Shown: positions 1-10,334 of the stretch, piece by piece
How the letters are laid out: each line of letters begins with the position of its first letter
How positions within the stretch are numbered: the first letter of the stretch is position 1
Assembly: GCA_964276515.1 (NCBI GenBank)
Contig: OZ193909.1
Coordinates: forward strand, 13,454,001 to 13,518,000
DNA: 64,000 bases
Direction of reading: 5' to 3'
Source of the DNA: Gordius albopunctatus
Taxonomy: Eukaryota
The notes under the pieces: generated by a model
Databases searched by the model: none
Told to the model about the DNA's origin: nothing
Seen by the model: only the letters and a program-made list of their open reading frames with translations
Program-made: the position numbers and the translations under genes

Positions 1-295
1 AGGTATTACTTGACGTAGTCATATCCCTTTATTAACTTAAGATACGTAACCAAAAAATATATCCTGGTATAAAATTTAAAACGCTTTTCTTCTATTATAT
101 TTTTAGTTTGCCCAAACTAATATTTTACATTTATACCTTTTTAATAATTGCACATATGTTTCAAATTTAAATTTTTTAGTTTATTTTTAAAAATAGTTAC
201 AAAGATATAAATGAAGCTGGTGTATAACTAGACCCGGTGTCGCCTTGTAATTCTATATTTATAAAACACAATTTTACAACAAAGCAATTAATTAC

Positions 296-3200
296 GTGCA
301 AAAACAATGTCTTTAATTTTTCATAATCTTTTGCCACAACTCCACCCTGCACGTTGGATAGGAGGCACATCAATGACAAGATGGATGCGACAGGGGGCTA
401 AAGCAATACTTAAAGCAGTCACCACTAAATTACCTGTTTGAGCATGAGGTCTTCGATAAAAGCTATGCAGGCCTTGTATTCTTGCAATTGCAAAGTGTCT
501 ATTTGACATTAGTAGAAAGTAAAAAATATTTCGGCGGAAGAGACGTCTGTATTAATTGTAGGCCTCACGTTCATTATTAACCGCTAAGCAGACAAATTAT
601 ATAAAAATACGTACATACCGCATTCAATTTTTTAACCATTGCGCGAAAAGTAGAAAATGATTTGTATCTTATTTTCGCTCACTTTTTGCCGCAGGCGAAA
701 ATAATCGTCTGCGGTTTCCCCAAGAACGCATCCTATTTACAATTGTTATTTTCGTGATATATGATAAATTTTACGATTAATATAAAGATATTAAGAAAAA
801 AGAATGAATAGTTTGATAAATTAGCTCCAAACTTCACTTCGCTTTTTTTCGCTTCGCGCGTCATCACGAACGTTGCGTTAGAGACCATACAAATATATAA
901 CCAACTTTTTTAAAACAAACAAGCTTGACCCCATGGGCGTAGCCAAAGGGAGGGGCGGCTGCCCTCATTTAAATATAAAATTTGTTATTTTCATTCATAT
1001 TATGGCTAAAATTTCAAAAAATTATCATTCCCCCCCCCAAATCATTATTGTTCCCCCCTCTAATTACAATGCTGGGTGTGCCCGTGGTTAACCCTATGTC
1101 AAACTTGTTGCATAACATTGATTCTTTGCGACCTACTTTGTTCCGTAGTGAGTCTGGCTTGAAAATCGTCGATTAAATCATGCGTCGATTTGTGGATGAT
1201 CCTTTCACATATGTTAATGTCTAGTGAAAAGGGAAAAAACCTTAAAACAATTTAACGGTTAATTACGTTGAGCCAGAGCCTTTTGCTGTGATTTAAGATC
1301 CTTGAGTTGCTTGTTAATAAAATCCTTCATGTCGGCAATTGATGATTGACCTTTCTTTAACAATATAATCAGGAAGTGTAATTTACGTTTATATTCTCAA
1401 ATTTTATTAATACGTTTTTTTGCTAGATGTAATTGTTAAAATGGCTGTATAAACATAACGATAAAAATTCCATCCGCAGAAAATTAAAGTTAGAAAAAAC
1501 AATCACAAAACTGACCTATTCCTTTTAAATTTACCAATAAACAAAAAAATATGTAACAAACCTAAATACGTTTTAACATAATTAGAAAGTTATTATTCAC
1601 TGCAATAATCGGCTCTTTATTAAAAGTCATCAAAAATGTGAAGCACTTAAAAAAGAATAAATATTGTTTAACGTCTTAAATTTGATAATTATGACATTTT
1701 CGTAAAAACTTACTTCGTAAGTGGCTTGCAATTCGCGACTTTTGGTTTTCAAAGTTTGGGACACAAACGAAAAATGACAATTTTTGATTTCTTGAAAAAT
1801 CTGTACAAGACAAACATAATATAAGAACAATTAAAATCGGAAAATTGTAACTAGATCAAAAATAACTATATAAAACATACACAAAACCGAATGACAAATA
1901 GCTTGTGGCAATGCGGCAAAATAAACAATTAAATATTTTAGCATAATATTTCGCCAAAACTAAATTTTAAATAAAAATGCTAAAAAACGAATATAAGAGT
2001 GTATAAAACAAAATAATTATTCAGAATATTTATGAGTATTTAAAATATTTGTTACGTATTTATTATTGATGGTCAGATAGAATTTAAATGTGTTTGAAAC
2101 GTGTGCGCCTTAATATATAGTAAAATATAGAAGACATTTGTTTTAGTTTAACTTAACCACAATCTGCTCTTTAGGCTTTATACCCAAATCGACCCAGGCA
2201 ACTGGCTATATTCATTTCATTTGCTTGTCTGGACCTCCATGCTTGTACCACGGTGGCCCGTCAACTTGCATAAAACCATCTTGCCGAATTGAATGTCCCA
2301 AGGAAAAATGTGCCCCAACATAAAAGCATATTAATCATTCGATTTCGGATTAAAGTTAAGATTTAGGTATTTTTTAAAAAAAGTTGATAATTATTTAAAA
2401 AAGGTACTCAATTTAGGGCCTTCTTTATTATAATAAGGAGATGGTCGTTAATGTCCCAGGGTGAATTTGGCAAGATGGTTTTCGGCGAGTTGATAGGGCA
2501 CCTTGTACCACAAGGGTTTGTCAGTCTTACAAAAAGTATCACAATACCAATTACAGGCGGAACTATTGCATTATTAAACCAATTTTATGTTGGTAACAAA
2601 AAATGCTTAAAAGAAACTATTGTATTAGTTCGTGAATCAGGAACCTTGTCAGAGGACAAGCGAATTTTAAGGGTAGACTTGGTATCTTGTGTTGGAGCCT
2701 GGTGCGTTTTAGCAGGGTTTTGCGGAACTTCTACGAAACCCATGTTGATTCCGTAAGTTCGATCTAGCAGACTTTCGTAATTGAGGCTTATGCAAAAGGG
2801 GGTCACGTAGTCCACATCTAAGTTATACAAAGATGGGAAGGTGAAAAGCTTTTCCCCCCAAAATTTATCATTCTGGAAATCACTGACTCTGCATTTTATT
2901 GAAAACTTAGCTAAATGTAAATATATATAATTTATGTTTATTCTGTAAAACGTAAGAGGTATTCGTCGTATAAAAGTGTTATATTTCAAATCACATAAAC
3001 TGGTTATACTGAATGAAAATTTTACAGTAAGATTCCTTAGAACTTACGACTCACCATGAACACGTCTGCAATATCTTATACTTTAACATCAGCATCCTAA
3101 ATGATGTTTTAATGGACGTAGCCAAGGGGAGGAAATCCAAAAATTTGTTGCAATTTATTTAAATTAGGCTAAAATTTGAAGATGATCATTTTGCCTCTCC

Positions 3201-6200
3201 CTAAATCATTATTGCCCTCTCTATTCCAATGTTAGCTACGCCCATGGATGTTTTTGCCATTATAATAATCGACATATTTTAAAAACGATATTTCTAAAAT
3301 TTTTGCAAAAATGAAATAGTACCCCGATCTAAGAGTATGAGCAGAGGAATGCCGTCGCTTCTTTGGTTGGAGTCTCCGTCGCCCTCCCAATTCGACGACG
3401 TTTCATTACTACCCAGCAAATTCATCAAACCAACTATGCGCTATCAAAAATAATAGCATTATAAGCAATATGATTTCTGTCATAGATTTAACAAGTTTTT
3501 TATATGTTAAACTAATAAAAATTAATTATACATTAAAAAAACCTATTTTTATAAAATAAAATTCTTTAGTTAACAAAAAAAATATTGTGGGCATTACCAA
3601 GATTCAATGTGGTGGAGGGGTAAAAGTTTTTATAATGATTAAGAGAGGAGCAAAATAATGAGTTGGAGAAATTATTATCATAATTCTTTTAAATGTAGGA
3701 AAGGGCAACGTTCCTTCCGGCTTCACCTTGACTGTGCCTAATTGAATCATTATCAAAAAACACATGGAAAAAATCAATATTTTTACTTCATTTGAAAGCC
3801 AAATGAAAATTAAATTGGAAAAAATCCTTGTGCACTTAAATAATAATAAAAGCCCAATCATTAGCGTATTAAGGAATTTTGGAAAGAGTTCTTTGTTAGA
3901 ATCGTATTTTTTCAGGCGCACTCCATTCAATGATATTAAAATATAGTTTAATTATTGTTGTTAATGCACGGAATCAAAAAAAAGTTGAAATCATTCAACA
4001 GCAAAATATCATTTGCATGTAGCTGATATATTAAGTTTAATCTATATATACAAAGTAAAGTCTATGTATGTATGTATGTTAGAGGTGTGCACGGATCAAA
4101 TTTTTTTGATCCGATCCGAGGGGTTTTTAAAAAATTTCGTATCCATCCGATCCGAGTTTTTTAAAATCTAAATCCCATCCGATACGATCCGAAATTTTTT
4201 AATTAAAATTTTACGAACAGAACTTTTTATTGATGATTAAATTCAAAATACATAAAAATAAGGTATAGCAATTTTAATATACTTGAAATATAAAATTTTA
4301 TTTGACTAATTCCATGTTATCATATAAAAATAATAAAGAATCTAAATTTTCTGGTTTAATTCGCGTTCTTCTTTCTTCTAATGTTCTTCCAGCCACCGAG
4401 AAATTTCTTTCCGAAGTGGTAGAGGTAGCAGGTATAGCTAAAACTTTATTTGCCAGCTTATAAAACCTTGGCAGGACTGTTTGATATGAAACCCACCATT
4501 TCAGCAAATCTTTTTTTTGAATCATATTTGCAATCTTCATTTTTTAACGAAAGGTAAATTGAGATTTCATCGGGGGCTTTATCTTCTTCCTGCTCATCTT
4601 CCCATTGATTAACTATTTTAAAATATAAATTAAATAATTTATTTTATGTAAAAAATTTATATACATAATACATATTTAAATGTATGTTAATTACTTTTTT
4701 GTCTTTTTTTTGAGGCTGACTATCACTACTACTAGCCGCATAATTTTCAATCTCAGCTGCAGAATCTACCAAAAAATCCTTAGAAGCTAGTGTGGATCTT
4801 ATTTCATTAATTACGCCTACTCGCTCATTTGGGGGGAGCATCCTGAGTTGGCGATAATTTGGGCATAAAAATGTGGCAATTTTATGTTGTTGAGTGATTA
4901 GAAATTTTGACTTGAGGGTGGTACAAATATCTTTTTAATGATCATTAATTTCGTGATGTTCTTCAAAATCATCAATTTGCTCGTGGTCTGATTGTGAAAG
5001 GTTGGGTGTTGATCAGCTTCCAGAACTAAAGAAGCCGTTTTAAACGGCCGGAATACTTCTATTAGTTTGGTTAGCAAATTTTTATCAATCACATCTATAT
5101 TCTCTGGCATATCAATAGAAGTTAGATATGTGGTTAGTTCCTCATACTCCTTCAATATGCTCTCAAACATGTCGAGTCTGGAGTTCCATCTTGTTTCTAT
5201 TGCTTGATCCGATGTATTATTTAAATATTTATTTTTGCCACTTTGCTTCTTCATATATGTCCTTAGCTTTTTGCATGCTTGTATCAAGTCATTAATTTGA
5301 GGGTAATGGAATGTAAAATCATTTTTATTGAATACGTTTCGTAGTACTGTATTCAGCAGTAAATGGGACGTGCAATTCATTCGCTTATCATTTTGCAAGG
5401 CATTCACCATGTTAGAACCCTGATCGGTAACGTAAGTTATCAATCTCATGTATTCCGTAGGGATGTGAAGTTTTTCAAAATTTTGTTACCAAACCTCTCG
5501 CTGAAATCACAAAATTAAAAAAAAATTGAAAAGCATATAATTTATTTTATTTCAAAAGATATTCGACCGTTTTCAATCGTTAACGGGGAAGGATTTAGAG
5601 CAATGCTCCTAGAAGCTCTGAATATTGGTGCCATTCATGGTCATATAAACGTTGATGAATTACTTTCAGATAGGACTACCTTAAGTAGGAATACAGCAAA
5701 ACTTGCAGATGTAAGTAGAGAAGCATTAATATTAAAGTTACTCCCCCATTTAAAAGCAAAATCATGTTCAGCCACTCTCGACCTCTGGACAGATGACTTT
5801 GTCAAAATAAACTACTTAACATTTTCTTTACATTATATATCCCTCGGAATCCTACATAAGCATATTCTTTTCACTTCAAAAATAGACGTTGAAAAAAACA
5901 GGGGAAAATATTTTAAGAGAAATATCTGTAAATTTTGAAAAACTTCACATCCCTACGGAATACATGAGATTGATAACTTACGTTACCGATCAGGGTTCTA
6001 ACATGGTCAATACCTTGCAAAATCATAAGCGAATGAATTGCACGTCCCATTTACTGCTGAATACAGTAATACGAAACGTATTCAATAAAAATGATTTTAC
6101 ATTCCATTACCCTCAAATTAATGACTTGATACAAGCATGCAAAAAGCTAAGGACATATATGAAGAAGCAAAGTGGCAAAAATAAATATTTAAATAATACA

Positions 6201-9200
6201 TCGGATCAAGCAATAGAAACAAGATGGAACTCCAGACTCGACATGTTTGAGAGCATATTGAAGGAGTATGAGGAACTAACCACATATCTAACTTCTATTG
6301 ATATGCCAGAGAAGATAGATGTGATTGATAAAAATTTGCTGACCAAACTAATAGAAGTACTCCGGCCGTTTAAAACGGCTTCTTTAGTTCTGGAAGCTGA
6401 TCAACACCCAACCTTTCACAATATATTGATTCAATATTACGAATTACTCGGTGATCTTTCACAATCAGACCACGAGCAAATTGATGATTTTGAAGAACAT
6501 CACGAAATTAATGATCATTAAAAAGATATTTGTACCACCCTCAAGTCAAAATTTCTAATCACTCAACAACATAAAATTGCCACATTTTTATGCCCAAATT
6601 ATCGCCAACTCAGGATGCTCCCCCCAAATGAGCGAGTAGGCGTAATTAATGAAATAAGATCCACACTAGCTTCTAAGGATTTTTTGGTAGATTCTGCAGC
6701 TGAGATTGAAAATTATGCGGCTAGTAGTAGTGATAGTCAGCCTCAAAAAAAAGACAAAAAAGTAATTAACATACATTTAAATATGTATTATGTATATAAA
6801 TTTTTTACATAAAATAAATTATTTAATTTATATTTTAAAATAGTTAATCAATGGGAAGATGAGCAGGAAGAAGATAAAGCCCCCGATGAAATCTCAATTT
6901 ACCTTTCGTTAAAAAATGAAGATTGCAAATATGATTCAAAAAAAAGATTTGCTGAAATGGTGGGTTTCATATCAAACAGTCCTGCCAAGGCTTTATAAGC
7001 TGGCAAATAAAGTTTTAGCTATACCTGCTACCTCTACCACTTCGGAAAGAAATTTCTCGGTTGCTGGAAGAACATTAGAAGAAAGAAGAACGCGAATTAA
7101 ACCAGAAAATTTAGATTCTTTATTATTTTTATATGATAACATGGAATTAGTCAAATAAAATTTTATATTTCAAGTATATTAAAATTGCTATACCTTATTT
7201 TTATGTATTTTGAATTTAATCATCAATAAAAAGTTCTGTTCGTAAAATTTTAATTAAAAAATTTCGGATCGGATCGGATTTAGATTTTAAAAAACTCGGA
7301 TCGGATCGGATTTAGATTTTAAAAAACTCGGATCGGATCGGATTTAGATTTTAAAAAACTCGGATCGGATGGATATGAAATTTTTCAAAAACCCCTCGGA
7401 TCGGATCAAATATTTATGTATGTAAGGGCTAAATTCTGAAACTACCGGCCCGATTCGCGCGAAAATTTAACCGTAGATGCCCAAGGCAGCCAGGGGTAAA
7501 ATAGCTTTTTCGGAATCCTAAAATTCCTTTTAGTTTTAAAAATATCGGACATTTCCCGGCCAGTTTCATTTATAGCATCATATATAATAATGACGTCATA
7601 CATACAAGGCTGAAGTTTTCTCGAATTAGATATTTAAAAGTATAATAAAAATGTTAAAGTATACGGTAAAAATTATTGGGGTTTAACAAACTTTTTAAAT
7701 TAAATAAATAATATTTAAATTATTATCACGTGGTCGATCATAGAAGCATATTTTTAATAATTATCCATCCTTCAATTAATTATTTTATTATATTAAAGAA
7801 AATTGTATTTCAAATAAATCAGCTAACTAGAAAAATAAAATAATGGTATTATTGTATAATAAGTAACAGCATTAATCAGCAATTTTTTCAAAAACATTTA
7901 ATTTTAGTCGGATTTGATGACTAAAACAGAATTCGCATTTGGTTTGTCTTATACTAAAAATAGTAGGCTCATAAAATCCATGTCGTGATAAAATTCGTGC
8001 TCTAAATAAATATTATGGATATTTTATTTATTTGAATTATTATTTCATATATGACCCCATTTTAGATAAGTCTTATTAATAGGTTATACCTATTTAACCA
8101 CTTAAGGACTGAGCCAAAGCAACGCTTGGCCGGGCACAGCTAGTTTAATATATTTATGACAATTATTAGGAAATTTAAGGTTCAATTTTTGTTTTATAAA
8201 AATTAATATACAAAATATTCATCCCCTCCTTATGCTACACCTACCATGGACCAGAGAATCCCGGCCAGGTCCGCTACCCGAAATTGCCCACCCGATCCAC
8301 GAGCCGGGCTACTGTCATAATTTTAATTTTTCGGGCGGGCACCATGAGAAGATTCGGGACATTCGGGCACAATGATATTTTTAAATAATGCATTATTCTG
8401 TTTTTTTGCATTATTTTGTCACTTTTATATTTGATTTTATGTTGTTTGTTAATCTTAGTTTTTAAAAAACCTCATTTCAGGCCGGGCAGTTGGGGCAGCT
8501 AATTCAAACATGGCCCGGCGCACATTTAAAAATCGGACTGGCAGGGTTGGGGCAAAAAAATTTTTTAACAAAACTTCTGCTACCTACATACAACCCTGCA
8601 ATATATAAATTTCAAATTGAATTTATATTTTTTGTTAGCACCTGGAGCTTGTTTTGTTTTAAAATAAGAAATTTGGAAAGAAAACCCAATTTTAATGCCA
8701 TATAATCTTGCAAATAAATTAAAGAATGTTTTATATATTAAGTTTTATTTTGAGCAAATTTTGTTAATAAACTAAAATAAAAAATATGATATAACTATAA
8801 TTGTAAAGGTAAGTGTTTATATTTTAAATTTATTATATAATTTTAATTATGTTTTTTACATAAAAATATCATTTTTCTTTAAGATTTACATAGCCGTTAA
8901 AAGTTAATAGAAACACTTGACATTATTATAATAAGTATATTTTTGTAATTTTAATGATAATCATGCAATATAAATATTAAGGATTAAATAATATATTTTG
9001 GAGGTAACTCATTACTAAAAACAGCATTATAATTACTTGAGATTTATTTCCTATTGTAACAATTTCCTCAAAATTCCCATAGGTCTGTTGTATGTTGTGT
9101 AGACATTTGGCAATATTAATAAAATCTGTTGTATCTCCATACTAAATAATAGTACATATAAATTATTTAGGTAATAAAAAATATATATTTACATAGACAT

Positions 9201-9950
9201 ATAATGGGTTATGGTTGGGGGGGGGATCAAAAGGTTTTTAGGGAAGATAGGGATAAAATGACGAGTTATAAAAATTTAACAAAATTTTTGTTAATAGTGG
9301 TTAAAGTAGATGCCCTTCTATGCTTAAATCTTAAAAACATACATGAATATACTGACCTACATCAAAGGTTTCTTGGAAAAAATATTGCAAATCCATTGAA
9401 AACAAATCTTGTTCTATTGGTATTAAATGTATTGGCAAGTCTGAAATCTTGTTAACTATATCATATAAGCATTCACTTTCTAAATTATGATCATTGTAGA
9501 CATTCTATATAATTGATACAAAATATTTAATGCTTGCAATATAGCTCACACTGCTTGGTATATAAAATACATGCACTTCACACTCATTTAATTGAAGCAA
9601 ATTTAAATGCCTTTGCAAGGATAAAAAATTTGATTTGGTAGGTCTGAGAATAAAGGCACACCTTATAAAATATTTATATAATTAAGAACTTTTTATACAT
9701 TTTTGAACTAGGAATATATATAGAGCCCATTTTAAAAATCTTTATAACCCCATGGTTTTTTAATATGTGTATGCTGGCAATTTGATCCAAAGGCTTCATT
9801 AAGGCATCATCCAAAATTAAATCTTTTGGTCCTGGTAACTAAAATTTTAATTAATATGCACATAATTTCACAATTATATACTGCCTCTAACGCATAAATT
9901 AAGGTATTATGGGAAATTTTTTTAATATAATCATACAAAGATAAATTCAT
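296..9950 (-). CDS. VPS33B: Vacuolar protein sorting 33B (Sec1/Munc18 family), multi-exon, 3' end not resolved (probably continues toward/beyond window start)
   Basis: Exons joined at GT-AG with consistent phases: 9882-9950, 9699-9838, 9550-9661, 9361-9504, 9037-9141, 3323-3440, 2645-2817, 1714-1800, 1267-1354, 1137-1220, 434-498, 296-397. Translation MNLSLYDYIKKISHNTLIYALEALPGPKDLILDDALMKPLDQIASIHILKNHGV...LIPIEQDLFSMDL...LILLDRDVDYVTPFCISLNYESLLDRTYGI...IFQEIKNCHFSFV...DMKDFINKQLKDLK...LSLMCLLSNVQGGVVAKDYEKLKTLFLH follows recalled VPS33B motifs (LPGKKDL..LMSPLD, DRDVDFVT, IRNEHFS, LMCLLS) in order. Confidence 0.9.
932..1086. mobile_element. hAT-type MITE, CATGGGCGTAGCC family (degenerate)
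   Basis: Starts catgggcgtagcc, degenerate right end; internal sequence similar to copies at 3111, 38567, 43255. Confidence 0.6.
3111..3246. mobile_element. hAT-type MITE, CATGGGCGTAGCC family
   Basis: TIRs aatggacgtagcc / agctacgcccatg; 8-bp TSD gatgtttt (3103-3110, 3247-3254). Confidence 0.8.
4080..5483 (-). mobile_element. hAT (Hermes/hobo-like) transposon, 3' half; left arm of inverted duplication
   Basis: TIR tagaggtgtgcacggatc at 4080, GATCC subterminal repeats; ORFs with TDQGSNM, CxxH, ETRWNS, PATSTTSERNFS; 43-bp deletion between attgtgaaag repeats. Confidence 0.95.
5484..7410 (+). mobile_element. hAT transposase pseudogene (5'-truncated); spacer plus right arm of inverted duplication
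   Basis: DIRPFSIVNGEGF, LDLWTD, TDQGSNM, ETRWNS, WW...PATSTTSERNFS; frameshift near 5895, stop at 6519-6521, intron 6762-6843; terminal TIR missing. Confidence 0.95.
7266..7372. repeat. Subterminal tandem repeat of hAT end (about 3 x 32 bp)
   Basis: Repeated cggatcggatcggatttagattttaaaaaact. Confidence 0.85.
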
Positions 9951-10334
9951 TTTTAAAAACAGCCGATAAGCATAGGCTAAAGTCACTAGATGACATATTT
10001 TTAAAAATGGAATTCAACTCGCTTTTTGGAACTTTTTTTTCCCAAAAAACAACATTAATCGTCGCATTACTAATCAATAACAAGAAGAACACACTTAGAA
10101 TATTAATTTTATTATAATACCCTAATAGGAAATCTATATAACACATTTTTTAAATTGTTATAATAGCGGCGCCCTATGATCGACTAAGATGGGCTAATTA
10201 TTAAATGGCTTAAATATATTTTGCAATTCATATTTAAGAAATATATTCCCTATAAGGTTTACATTTTAATTTCGTTAAAATATTATTCATCAGTGTATTT
10301 AAAGGTCAACACTACTTATAGCTGTCCCAATTTC

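Larger units (their letters stand above)
4041..8143 (+). mobile_element. Non-autonomous Helitron interrupted by the hAT inverted duplication
   Basis: A|TC 5' end (tctatatatacaaagtaaagtc), (TATG)n microsatellite, subterminal hairpin gccaaagc-aac-gcttggc and 3' CTAG|T; uninterrupted 5' part of the same family seen at 18825-19267. Confidence 0.85.

Noticed and set aside
1..252. Candidate next VPS33B exon (acceptor at 253, NYKATPG...) and a GYDYV segment near 15-27
   Set aside because: Neither matches the expected SYG...TF.NL motif convincingly and frames run into stops; left unresolved, so a disrupted 3' end cannot be excluded
2451..2756. Plus-strand 101-aa ORF
   Set aside because: Antisense shadow of VPS33B exon 2645-2817 and adjacent intronic element
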